A DNA stretch of 63,982 nt, the filler included, from Dimargaris cristalligena (taxonomy: Eukaryota): assembly GCA_003614675.1 (NCBI GenBank). It is 3 parts of 3 records of this genome, joined end to end, with 100 filler letters (N's around TTAATTAATTAA, not from the genome) between each part and the next. Parts side by side here need not be neighbours in the genome. Positions count along the whole stretch, not along the records: positions 21,858 to 43,589 come from ML002653.1; 2 more parts are not named here. The stretch is one strand, 5' to 3'. Below, in pieces: positions 23,597 through 36,482 of this stretch. The first letter of the stretch is position 1. Every line of letters begins with the position of its first letter. The notes beneath the pieces are model-generated. The model had not been told where the DNA came from and searched no databases. It saw nothing but the letters and a program-made list of their open reading frames with translations. A program made the translations under genes and the position numbers.

Positions 23597-26500
23597 CTAG
23601 GCCTGCTTGGGAGGTTGGCGGCTGCCAAGGAGCGCCTGCGCCAGAGCAGCATTGGCCTCCTCCACGCGGCTCTTGCCCGCAGCAGGACTGTTAGGGTTCG
23701 TCGGCTCCTTCTGAATCTTCATGGCCTTGAACTGATTCAATAGAGAGTTGGTCAATTGGCTAGTGGGGTTAACGTTGCCACTGGGGGCGGCCTTATCAGC
23801 GGGATGGCTAGGGGCCGGGGCGGGAGTCGCCGCAGGCAAATTGGATTTAGGCTTCGGGGCGGAGCTCTTCCGCTTGGGTTTGGTCTTGGTCGGGGCCGGG
23901 TTGGGGACCAATGTGGAGGACGAAGCCGAGGCCGAAGTAGGGGTGATGGCCGCCGGAGCGGTTGGCTTAACCGGGGAGGGGGGCACCATAGGATGGGCTA
24001 CGGACTTGGGCTTCGGGGCCGCTGAAGTTTTCTTACCTGGCGTCCCGTATTTCTTGGCCGCGGCCTGAGTCGGCGGGGCATTATCCGTTTGAGGTTCTTT
24101 CTGACCGCGACGCACGAACTGCGGGTTAGTCACATTGAGCAAGTGGCGCTTGTGTAGCATATAGCCCCGCTTGGCAGAGCACAGCCCATTGAGGTTGGTG
24201 CCGAGGGGGAAAGGGGCGTCAAGGATCAGACCCAGGAACTGGTCGGAGATACTGACCACGAAACCACGGGCTCCGAAAGGTACGGCCATATTGGGAGTCA
24301 GGTTCACTACACGGTCACCCAACTCAAAGGTCTGCTGATCCAGGCGCCGGCTGGCTTCGCCGGGTTCCAATACGGCGGGGCGGGGCACATTGGCCACCGA
24401 AATGTCCTTGGCCTGCTTGTCATTATAGGCGTGGTGGTCCTGCAGGAAGGCATCCAGTCCCTGTTCCAGAGCAATCGCCGCTTCGGGCAGGAAATTGTCG
24501 CCCTCCGCATCGAGGTAAATGAGGCAGTCCAGGTTCAGGCCCCGGATGAATTCAATGAGCGCAGTAACGTCGGCACCCGTGATTTTATCACCGAAGATAT
24601 CGAAGGCACTCACTTGGGTATCCTGGGGCATAGCCGTCAGACGCTTGAACAGGCGGGGGCACGCAGCCTGGTACAGCTTTACCAGGTTGATGGCCCGGGT
24701 CGAGAACTGCCATATGTTGTCGATATGACGAGCATATCCGGCAGCAGCGGTATTATCCGCCGGCCCACAGAACCGCAGACCGATATCGAATTCCCGCCCG
24801 TCAGGCAAAGTCATGATAAAATTGGAGCACAGTCGGCGGAGCACATTGTAGGGGATTCGGAGGGCATCCACCACGGCCATGGCGTCGTGGAACTCCTCCT
24901 GGGTGGTAAACCGGTGACCGAACTGGTTCAAATCGGTCTGGAATTGCAGGTAGCGGGCCTCGGTGGGCTGGCGGTACACGGACATACCCAAGGTCAACAG
25001 GTGGTTCTTGGACTTCAGAATCTTGGCCGACTGGCCGTAGAACGCCGGGGCTAGGAAGAACACGGATTCGCCCACGGGTAACCACCGCTCCTTCTGGTAG
25101 AAGGGGCGTTCGGCGAATCGGTGATCCTTATTGCGGTATTGGTGGATAGTTGCCTTCAGGGGTACGAACTCCATCTGGTCTAGCGGGGCGTATTCTCGAC
25201 GCAGCCAGCCTTGCTCATCTTCCCGCATACCCATCATCCGCACCACACCCAGTACAAGTTGCCATTTCTTAACCACCAACCCACGGTGGGTCATCTGGCC
25301 CACGTTGTTCCGTACTTTGGAGCGGATGGTATTGCGGTCCCGGTCAGTCATTGGGAGCGCAACCACCTTGCCCTTACCCTCGGCGGAGGGCGAAATAGTG
25401 TACACATTGTGGTCATCGTGTACCGAAACTACCTTGGCCTGAGTAAGGTAGGGCCAGTCAATCAGCACAGTGCGGCTGATAAGGCGGGATGCGATCTCCT
25501 GCGGCGAGGAGTGCTTCTCGAGTTGACAGTCGTTGAGATAAATCACAATACCATCTCGGGAGCTCTTCAGGTTAGACACCTTTACGCCAACCTTTTCGAT
25601 TTTCCAGTGGTGGGGTAGGCTGTAGAGACTGGGGAACCCGGGCAGCATGCGGTTGCCCGTCAGAGCGCCGGGGCAAAGTCCACTAACCAGCCGCCGGTCT
25701 TCACCCACCGGGGGGTTATGTTGATCGACCAGACGACAGCGGTTTTCAGTCAAATCGGGAAAGAATTCGGGCATGGGGGACGGGTACGGGGGTTGTTTCT
25801 TGGCCGCTGGAACGAATAGTAAATTCTCGGCAAATCGATTACGACGCTTTTCGGCCGCACTGAGAAGGTGTTCACGGGCCTTCATGGCCGTCAGAAGGCG
25901 CTTACTTTCGATAAACGGAATCAGCACCACTGCTTCATAGCTCTGACGCTTGCCGTTCAGATCCGTGCGGAACGCGCTGGGGTAAAAGTCGATGATGGGG
26001 GACTCGCTGTCGGTGAACAAGTCGTGGTAGGCGGCAGGCAGCAGGTCCCGGCTGTAGGCGGGCAGGACCCCCATGAGTTGCTGGAAGGGTAGGAACGGCT
26101 TGTTCTCATCGAAGGTCAGCTTCAAGTCCTCCAAGTCGTGGATGTCGGACAGCATCGGGGCATAGTGGTACGGGTAGAAGTAGCTCCAGGATACCAGGCC
26201 GTGGTAGTAGTAGTGCAATGCCCACTGCATAATTTTAACGTAGTGGTAAACCATTGTACGGACCTGGGGAGAATCCTCCCGGTAGTCCCAGCCCATCTTG
26301 CTCTTGTAGTACTTCTTGTTAACAATCCGGTTCGGTTCCAAACGCTTGACGGGGGCGTCGCTGGCCTCCTCCAGCAGGGATTGGTAACGGATGAACACCG
26401 GTACGATACTAGCGGCAAACTCGGCCACCTTGGTGGAATCATAGGGCGGGAAGGGCAGTTGCAGCGTGAGGGGTCGGTCGGGCTGGTTCGTATCGACGCC

Positions 26501-28377
26501 AATCTTCAGGCCCAGATTAAGGCCCGCTTCCTTGATAAAGGTGCGATTGTCCGGGTCGGAGTCGTTCAGGGTGATTCGGGGCTGGTCACGTTGGGAGACA
26601 AACTTATAGATCACGTCCAAGAGAGCACACTGGGCCGGGGTGATGTAGGTGGGGAAGTGCTTCTCCGTGGCCTTAGGGTTGCGGAAGAGCGGGTGGGTCG
26701 AGATCTTCTCCTTATCGGCGACAAAATCGTACACGCGCAGGCCGTTGAGGAACGCCGTAAAATTGGGCAAATTAATAATGCCGTTCTCGGTCAGATAGCC
26801 GGACAGGGTCGGCAGAATGGTCTTGTAAGCGGCGAAGAGGAATAGCATCCCCTGTTTACTAATGTGCAGGTCGACCAAATGGGGCACGAAATCGTTTCCG
26901 AGGAGCATGATAATGAGCACAAAGTCATCAATGACCCGTTCGATGCTGAAGGGGAACCGAACTTCGCGTTGCACGTCTAAAAAGTCGAGTTCAAGGTACT
27001 CGCGCAGGAGCTGTAGATGGTAGAGCAAGAAGCGCGGGGGGGTATCCTTGGGCGGGGCAGTATCGTCCTTGCGGCGGTCACCATAGATGATCTCCTCGCG
27101 CAGAATGGCCATGTGGGGCTCGTGAGTTACCAGGCCGAGTACGATCAAATCAGCATCCTGCCCGTAGAGGCAGTGGCGGGTGTTGGGGTCGTAGTCAGGC
27201 TGGGCCTTGGCCTTGCGCATGAACTCCATAATCTTGTGCTCGCCTTCACCGGGAACCTCATGACCGGATAGGATCACCTGGACGTTTTGCCATTCCCGGT
27301 CCTCGCTCACCTTCTGGGCCAGGAAGTACTTGAGGAACACTGTGAGCTTTTCCATGAACACAGTACCCGGGGTAATGCAGTTACTATCGAAGATATCACT
27401 CTTGCCCGAGACAACACCTTCGTTTACGGCCTTTTGCAGATTCACCTCCGATTCCGCCGCAGTGGTGAAGCGACGGGCTCGTTGTTGGTTCATCTTAGCA
27501 CGCGGTGCCACACCTAGGGTTCGGTAGTTATGATTTACATAGGGGAGTCAATAATGGGATTAGTATGGCTAGACTAAGGTTTGTCAAATGTGTACTGCTA
27601 TATACTCCGGTATAGCCAAACCGGTGGCGGGGAGAAGGCAGTGGGGGGTCTATTGAGGTACTTACCATCAATGGCGATAAAGAACACTTTTTTCGGTTTT
27701 ACGTTATTGAAGAGTGTCTCGATGTACTCAAATATCTTTGGAAATAGTATCTGGTCGGGAATCGCGGTGGTGGCGCTGCCCTCCTGGTTGGAGCGACTGC
27801 AGTTGTGGATAACTCCGTTGACATCCAGGTAGAGGTTGTCTGCGGATGGTGTAGTGAGTAGAAGGCAATGCGCGTATGGAATATGATAACAAGGCACCGG
27901 GTGCGGATAGGGGGGTAGTTAGCGAACTGAACGAATGGTCACCAAGTCGGGTGGGTACCAGCACTGGCATTATTCTAGTCGAGCCAGGGCCTCGAAGGAG
28001 TAATCAACTTTAATAGTGGTGTAGACGTGGGACTTACCGAACTCGGGATAGATGGAGTTCTCGATCAATTGGTAGCAGAGCGGATAGCGCTCACTATAGA
28101 TAATAGCAAAGTAGAGGATAATCGTCAGTAGTAATGGTTAGTATTTGGGTGGCTGGACAAGCCAAACTAGTTTACGGGCTTAATCGGGGGCCTAAGCCAT
28201 TTTCGAGCCGGAGAATAGCGAATGCCTCCTATTTTACGGGCCAAGTAGAGATGCCAAGCCGGGCGAAACCCCTCGCTACTCGTATGTCCCAAATATACGT
28301 ATATATATATATGTATAAGGCATTCGCTTGAATAGGGGGACCTACCTCATCCAGAGGAAGAATTTGGGAATACCCAT
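23597..28377 (-). CDS. XRN1: 5'-3' exoribonuclease Xrn1; exons 28377-28346, 28093-28038, 27839-27666, 27513-23597
   Basis: Spliced N-terminus MGIPKFFLWMSERYP..EFDNLYLDVNG..AIDGVAPRAKMNQQRARRF, plus PGEGEHKI, DADL, GNDF and a C-terminal SH3-like FELGDRVV. Confidence 0.96.
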
Positions 28378-28992
28378 CTTGGCTGTCGGGTGGGGCTGCG
28401 GCGAGATGGGTCAGCGGGTAACGGTGGGTGAGAGGAGACTGGTGCGGTGGACCGGAGGGGACGGCACAGAGAAATAGGAGGGATGGGGGTCTGGTCGTTT
28501 CTACCGAAAAGCTTGAATGCGATAACGAGATAGAAAGTAATACAGACTGTTAAGGAGATCCGAAGGGTCCACAACTGTGAGGTTTTATGAAGATGAGTTT
28601 CGTATGGCTGCTGTCAGAGGCAGGGAGTGGGCGGTATTTACTGGACCAGCACCAGCACTAATGGTCCCACTAAACACCACCCATTGGTACTTCTCCCCTT
28701 TTTATCGACAATCGGATAAGTTTGGTTATTACGGCTCACCTGGTCCCAAGCATACTTATCCTTTTAACTTGGGAATTTCGAGGCTTCGGTGACTCAGGTG
28801 CATTGTTTATTTTTCCCGTCGTTATTTCTGGTCATTATTAAGGTGTCTTGCTAATATTTTCAGCCCAAGCGATTCTTCCAGTGTCATTCCATACCATTCC
28901 ATTCCATTCAAAACCAACTCTTTACTATTCATACCACACAAGCAACACCCCCACCCGACCCTCCCACTCCAACTAAAGGTTCACTACTTACC

Positions 28993-31856
28993 ATGCCGGC
29001 CGACTCAACGACTTCCACGCCGGTTTTAGAAACCGCCCAGCCCCAGTCCCCGGCTCCGACTGCCGCTCCTGCTCCAGCACCAGCAGCCCCGGCCAAGCCC
29101 ATGTCTATTTTGCGGGTTAAGCGTAAACGCACAGACGAACCCTTAGACGCCCTCAGTAAGTTATCTCTCGGAATTTCCCGGCTCTAATTGAGCTATATTT
29201 TCACACGGGGCCCTGTAATAATGTTATTTATTTTTCTTGACAAAACACCGAACAGCTTTGACCTAGTGAATTACTAGTCCGATTGCTGTTTCCTCCCTGA
29301 ACAACTAACTACGCACCACTCACAGTGGTACGACTTTACGGTGTATATACGGCGTTTCCCGCCGGGCCTCTCATATTTTATTAACGCACATCCCTTTGCC
29401 ATCTAATGATTACCGAGTTTAGTGGTGGCTCAAGCAAGTAGGCTGGCCGAAAAGAAGATTAAACCTGACGATGAATCGAGCGCATCTAGTTCAAGTAAGT
29501 ATCCGTGCTGCTTATCGCTATCAAATAGGGCACTTTGGCAGGCCAGTCCGTTGGTTTCAGGGATTGGCGTATAGTCACTGTCAAAGATATATTATGCCCG
29601 TATTTCTCCTTGGCGATAGCCAACATTCCATCATTGAATAACAATAGACACACACACAAACTATAACCACTGCGCCTAATAAACTATACATTGTCCTTCT
29701 TGTTTATAGTTCCCAAGATCTTCCGATTCGCCGAAACTGTCGATCTGAAGGCATTCGAGGACATGGAAAAAACACAACTTCTGAGCGTAGGTCTTATTGG
29801 GTTACTATGTCAGAGTACTAGAGCGCTTGGTTGTTTAATAATACCATGCCCAGGACTCAACCAAGGGAGTGAGAATTAAGGTCACTAAGGACCTAGGGGT
29901 ATTCTAAACATTATCATTTAAACACCCTGTCTAGAGCACCGGGTCTAGTCATTTTAACCACTCTATATATGTGTTATATTGCTCGATATCCCATCAATCT
30001 ACTCGTACAAATTCCGTAGGATAAAATTAACCGATTTACAGGGAGAAAGGCGGCCACCACGGAGCGTACCGCTCCGAAAGAAAAGGCCGAGGACGTAGTA
30101 GATAGGGAGGAAAAGATGGAACGTCGGCGAAATCAGCTTGCGCTTGATAAACTTGTAAGTCCAGTCAGTCTTTTGGATTGTTTCAATATGGTTAGTTAGA
30201 AACTAGTGATAATGCGGGGGTGATTTCAACCGTTCTGGGGGGTAGTTGCTAACCAGACCACTAATCCTTATTACACGGCTCTTTTGAATCAATCCATTTT
30301 GTATAACTGGTAGAACGAATCCAAGTGCGCTCGGTTCCGTGTCATCAGTAAGAATCGGTACTCGGCGCTTGTCCCGAAAGAGGAGAAAAAGTTCCCTGAT
30401 AGGTATGTCTATTGGCTTCCGTCTTAGCATCGTACCCACTAGTTTACTGGGTCTGGGTATTATTTCTATGTTTTCGACTGCCTCGTTTAACCAATTTCAA
30501 TTCAATTTATAACTTGCATATTTTTATTTTCTACTGTTTTTGGACGTTGCTGTAGCCATAGGCCAGAGACTCGGGACCTGTTCGATGTTATTGATGCCGT
30601 TAAAGAAGACGACAAGCCGTAAGTTATACTCTCAAAATATATAAGCTACATTACCTCCAAGAATTCGCTAAGTTGGTCTGATTGGGGTTTGCACATTGGG
30701 TGACTGCCTCCTTAGATACAGCCCATACTGGTTTGGAGAATATTCCCCGTTTCTAGCTAACCAATATTCCGTAACTCTATACTACCTCCATACATATCTG
30801 AACTACTGCCCATAACAGACGGGTCAGTACGAAGTCTAAACGCGACGACGATATTACCTGTAATCTCATCCCTATGATCGAAGAGTATCTCAACGGTAGG
30901 TGTAGGACTTAAAATTTGCATTACTTAGGAAAATTCTGGCAACCGCAATTATCACTATACTTGCATTCGCACTCCTATGGTACTAAACGATCGATTTCTC
31001 TTTTCTCCTTCCTGGGTAAAATTATACAACAGTGGAAAAGAAGAACGACGACTACGTCTACGACGTTTATTACATTGACGACCCCGAGGAGCATGAACTG
31101 GCCCAAACTCCTCTGAACTATGGCTCCTTGTAAGTAATGCCTGTATATAGGCGATTATCCGGCGACTTCTGTGTATTGGTGATTTTAAATGATTGCCCTG
31201 CCGCTAGCTGTATGTCGACTTAGTATCTACGTTGGTATATCCTTCACCATATTGTACGCTCAACTGATTTTGTTTTATCTACCTATTCAATACCCTTCCA
31301 ATGTTAACCATAGGTTTTGGAACGGAGATGGTGAAGATTACGATAATTTGGCCTCCGACTCGGATGAATTTGAAGGCGACGATGACTCAAATGGTAAACT
31401 ACGTTGTAACCGGAGGGCTATGCTACGCTATAGGTTTATCGATAGTAGCGTCGAGCTTCAGTATTACCATATTCGCATAACTGTACATACCAGCTTACTA
31501 ATTGTTAGACACTAACCGCCAATCTGTTTTTTTTACCGTCTGATGGTTGGTTTATTTTGTTGTAGCCGAGGACTATTACGGTAACGACTACCCCGACGAG
31601 GCAGACTGGGAGAATGAGTGTAAGTTTTATATGTGTTCGCTATTGTCTCTACTTAGAAGCTTGCGTACACTTTCCACTCTGGCTACTGATTCTTGGAATT
31701 TTAAATCAATATTTACCTATACGCTTTACACTTGCTATGTTCTGTATGGGATGTCCATGTATTATAACAGTGTCGGATTTTGAGCATGGTTCCGATGAAT
31801 ACTCGGACATTGAGGGCAACGGCGGTCGATCGGCATTTAGCGACGACGAATGGTAG
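28993..31856 (+). CDS. IWR1: RNA polymerase II nuclear import factor Iwr1/SLC7A6OS; 11 exons (28993-29155, 29423-29494, 29710-29786, 30020-30154, 30314-30402, 30556-30618, 30819-30895, 31033-31129, 31314-31393, 31566-31619, 31771-31856)
   Basis: ILRVKRKR..EPLDAL N-terminus, DYVYDVYY, DDDSNAEDYYGNDYPDE. All ten GT-AG joins keep the frame. Confidence 0.88.
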
Positions 31857-32153
31857 TCGGACCCAGTAACCCTGAGAATTGGTTATCGAGGATGCGCACC
31901 ACATCTGACCCGGAGTATACATTATCCCACTTTATAGCCCAAAGAAGAAAAATTGACATTGGAAAGGCGACCCAATTGTCCTGCGACTTTTCAACATTTA
32001 TAGGCTGCCATCATCAATTTTAATGGCACGAAAATGGAAGCAGCACGACCTGCTCTAGTAATATATTAATAATAAACCCGCCCAATACATATTTCATAGG
32101 AATGTCTAGCTTGGTTGGTAGGTGGGCAGGTAGACAGGTAAGACGGAACGACC

Positions 32154-32913
32154 TTAATCACGATGACGATGCCGACTACGGGTGGTCTCATGGGGTCGCG
32201 ATCGAGAGCGTGAGCGTGAAAGGTGCCGGGAGTGGCGGGAACGGTGACTGCGTCGCGAAGACCGGGACCGCCGTCGCTCAGTTGGCCTCGCTCTAGCAGG
32301 TGAACTGGATTGATGAGCGGGCCGTTGTGACGGCCCAGGGGAGCGCGATCTTCTCCTCTTCATTTTTTTCTTATGATCTGATTTGGGCTTATCCTGAACA
32401 GGTGGTCGGTTTAGGGGCTCTTCAGTTGGTGCGTCCAGCTCAAAGCCCGGCGCCATACCTAGTGCTTCGGCCAGAGCGCGAGCCTCTTGGGCTTTCAGTT
32501 TCTCGATTTCAGCTTGGTTTTGATCCGCCCGTTCCTTCGAGTACCAAAAAATATCCCGGCCCGCCTGCCAACGACCTGTGGGGGCTCTGACGGAATTGCC
32601 GAGATAATATTCACGGTCTCGGGTATCCTTGACCTTATCCCAAGAAAACTGATCACGGCCACCGCGATTTCCTAATTCGGTATAAACGAAGTACCAGATA
32701 GTAGTGAATTATTTTTTTAGAATCGGGCTATTTTGGTGGACGGATACCAGATGGATTGTGGATACCCATTGATAAAAACAATGTAGAAAGTAGTGCTTCG
32801 GAATAGGCCGTCCGTCACTAACGAGATGGGTATTGATGAAGCAGCCGACTCGACAACAAGCTATAAATAAAAGCCACTCTAAAAGACTCACCTGCGCGAA
32901 TGGGTTGGTACAT
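32154..32913 (-). CDS. MMTAG2: MMTAG2/C1orf35-like protein with RS-rich tail; exons 32913-32892 and 32671-32154; 179 aa
   Basis: MYQPIRAGNRGGRDQFSWDKVK..REYYLGNSVRAPTGRWQAGRDIFWY matches the MMtag domain pattern. Confidence 0.85.
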
Positions 32914-33479
32914 TGTGCTTTAACCCTAATGCGCTGGCTAGCGACAGGTCGAGAAAGGTGGCGGGTTTTTCTTAATGTTGGTATGCGATTCCTTCAGGAA
33001 GAGGTTTCTTTACAAAACGGGCGAATTCCACACTGGACTCAAACTATCAGGGGAGGGGCAGCAAGGCTACAATAAAGGGATGTAGAGGACTGGACTGTGT
33101 AATAGTTGGCATGGGTGTAAATAGGTAACATAAGGTTGAAACGGCTTAATCGTGCAGTCTGCCAACTGACTAAACTAGCTTGGTTGGAATAAGCACATGG
33201 TGGGTTTAGTAACGTCAATTAGGGCAACTTATTGAAGTCACCCAAGTGATGAGAGGCACCTTGGCCAAAATTGGACGGAATGTGTCCCAATTCCTACGTA
33301 ACTCACCCCATTCAGGACTGATTTCACCAGCTTGTCTCCGCAGTTGAGTCTGTCTATCCAAGTCCCGATTCCACTCTTCTTCTGGTCATTCTAGTTTGTT
33401 TTGATCGACCCGATCTTTTAGCTTCAGGTCCCCAACGCTCGATCGCCTACCTTCAATCTGCTTAGATAGCCTCGACACC

Positions 33480-34668
33480 ATGGCCAGCCCCCTGCGCGCC
33501 TCAATTTTGCTTGCGGGTCTCCAGCGTGGACCGACCCTGACCTGGACGGCCCTTCACCTCCAGCCGGTAGCCCTCGCTTGTCTCAGTGCGATCCGTACTT
33601 ACTCTACCCGAGGTGATCTCCGTTCGCGGTTTTCCCTTACCGACTTTGGCGTATTCAGTAAGTTATACTCTCTGATCTTTGTCAATTTTGAGCAGACCGA
33701 CATACTGGCCAACGAATTTACACAGTTATTTACTAAGCGCGTTACGTCAGCGTATCGCCAAGTTTATTCCGAAAGCAAATCCATACCTATTGATCTGGCT
33801 ATTGACGGTAACATAACTGGCGGAAGTCGCGTTCCCGACCTCTTTCTCACCGAACCTGGGTAATTTCGTTTCGTGCATATTTGATTGGAATGGGTATTTC
33901 TCCCATTAGATCGGTTCGTTCCTCTCACTCAACAGCCCCTCCCCAGCATATTTAGCAAATTGGGCTTCAAATATCGCATTCACGGCTGGCGGTGCAAGAT
34001 GCGTACTACTATGGCCATTGCGACCGTCAAGACTCGCATGAATGGTAAATTTAAGATCCCTGCCTTTCTGGACGAGGCCGTGACCCTATACGAAGTGATG
34101 AACGACTCTTTCGCTAGCGGGGACCGCAAACTCCTGCAGCACATTTGCATGCCCTCCATGCTGACCAAGCTCAAGTACGAGATCAAAAACCGGAAGCACC
34201 GGGTGGAATGGAAGTCCCACGGCCAAGTTGAACCCCCGAGTCTGGTGTCCTTGGCCACTGCCAAACTGTCCAGCGATATTCTCGCTACCCAAGCCGTCGT
34301 CCGCATTTATTCCAAGCAGGTTAGTACTACGCCGGTGGTTATTGGGGCTTTAGGGCTACTCCCACCTCCGTCAATTGAGGCAAGGTATTTCGGTTTTACC
34401 AGTAACTGTATCTAATCCACAGCTCCTTTAGTTACTAATTTCGCATATATATTGTCTTAATTTGGAACACTCTAATTTGGATAATATGTCGCGGTAATAG
34501 AGCATGGTTATTTATGACCATAAGAACAAGGTTATTTCCGATAACTCCGACTCACCCATCGATGTCCTCGAATACTTGGTCTACCAAGCCATCGTAGAAA
34601 ATGGGCAAGCCCAGTGGAAGATCTACGGCAAACTCAACGAGACCAATCTCGACACTTTCAAGCCTTAA
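33480..34668 (+). CDS. MBA1: Mitochondrial Tim44-like domain protein (Mba1/mL45); exons 33480-33657, 33910-34319, 34501-34668
   Basis: Presequence-like N-terminus (..IRTYST), then YEVMNDSFASGD..L, QAVVRIYSKQSM.IYD, VLEYLVYQ..WKIYGK. Confidence 0.8.
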
Positions 34669-35128
34669 TTCTCGCAGACCTACTCTAGTTTAAAATGATT
34701 TTTGATTTACGGACATAGCGGCAAAATGCCAATACATGTGGACCTATAGACCCCGCACCCTAGAGTGTACGGTTGGTCCCTCTGTACTATCTTGTGTGTC
34801 TAACCATGGCTTAGTATTGGGTATTCGTTTAACTATATAAATATATACACTGCCACCAACAGCGGGATGCTTTTCAGTGATTGTTAATGGAATTAACCTC
34901 CTACCCCAATATCTGTGATTTCCGTGGCACACTTGCTTGTGAGTTGATTCTTTATTACTTTTAATGAATGCAACCAACGTTAATTTATACCAGACAGATA
35001 CAGTGACTCGAGATTGGGAGCTAATTGTTTAGAGAAGCTACCAAAAATCCAACGCATACCATTCACTTTATGAGTATGTCGACAAGGGCAGGATAGTTCA
35101 ATCAATTGGATTCTAACTACTCCGTGTT

Positions 35129-35530
35129 TTAGGGCATATTGTGGGCATCCTTGAATTCCCGGTACTTCTGCTTAAGCTCGGAGTAGCAATAGAGACAGAT
35201 GTGATGGGAAAGCTTGTTCTTGCCACAGGCTGGGCAGGTATGGATATCGTGACGATCTTTCAGCGCTTTGTTGGACTGGCGCATACGGCTTCGGCTGTGG
35301 GTGGTCTTCTTCTTGGGCACGGCCCAGAGGAAAGCCTCTTTAAGAATATCCGTCAAGGAGCTGGTGATGGGGAGTCCGAGCACCGAGCCGACGGCCGTGA
35401 GCCAGCGGCTGGCCCAGACGGGGGCGGGGGTCAATAGGGAGGGTTGAATCGCATAGGCTAGGGTGCGTCGGGCGGCGGCGGGGGCGGTGCTGCCAGTCGA
35501 CAGTACGCGGCGGGAAAGGGCGGCCAACAT
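35129..35530 (-). CDS. MRPL32: Mitochondrial ribosomal protein bL32m
   Basis: Long presequence followed by AVPKKKTTHSRSRMR and zinc ribbon CPACG..HHICLYC. Confidence 0.95.
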   Translation of the reverse strand: MLAALSRRVLSTGSTAPAAARRTLAYAIQPSLLTPAPVWASRWLTAVGSVLGLPITSSLTDILKEAFLWAVPKKKTTHSRSRMRQSNKALKDRHDIHTCPACGKNKLSHHICLYCYSELKQKYREFKDAHNMP

Positions 35531-36482
35531 GGTATGTGGATTTAAAAGTACGTTGAGCCAATGATCAACGGGATCAAGGAGAGTGTCCGATCAGTCGAAT
35601 GAGAGGAAAGGGGTACTTTAATCGGTGGTAAAATGGGGGAAGCGGTAGATTATGGTGTACCGGCAGATTCAAGAGAATGGCAAGCAAACGAGGTCCAAGC
35701 AAATAGAGATCATACAAACGGCAAGTGCAATGGGGGACTGAAGTGTGAAAAGGCTCTTCGAAACAATGACCAACTGCTGCATCTGTTCGAAGATTCAGTA
35801 CAGGTTGGCTAGAGTCGGCTCTGGCTGCTTAAGGTGGGCAGATCTTGCCTACCTACTCTGACTTGCACTTGCTTACTGGGGTATATTGACACTATACCCA
35901 TAATACCTCCCACTAGACCTAGGGAAGTATAGTCGCCTGTACTCATAGTAGTATTCTAGAGAAAGCGAGACGTGCTTAATAGACGCGTGGTCCATAGTGA
36001 GCCAATATGTTGCGCAGGACGAAAGCAGTGAACTACTTTAGGCCTTGCAAGGCTACCAATATATAATGAGTGAGTTCGTAAGTTTATATTAAACGCCCGG
36101 TCCCAGAATGATGTTAGCTTTAAAATTGGACATGCGTCCCGTTTGATTTGAAGCAGGGTTGCCCTCGTTTATTCGAGGAGAAATGTCTGACATCACCATA
36201 CCTAGATGTACTATTCCTTAATGTAAACGACTTCAATTATCCCGGTAAGTCGTAAAACCCACCATCATGCAACCGGGCCAGTGTCCCAATACAAAAATAA
36301 AGTAAATGAGCCCCCTAGATTAAACCCCTCCGCCCGATACCACCATATATTTTAAAAACCCACATCAGTATTTATTTGTACTAGTGTATTTGCAATTGTA
36401 AAGAGATTTCGAAATTAAAGGAATATAAAGAGCAGGATCGTGGGATGGATATCCCAACCACACCAAAATTACAGAGAACGCC

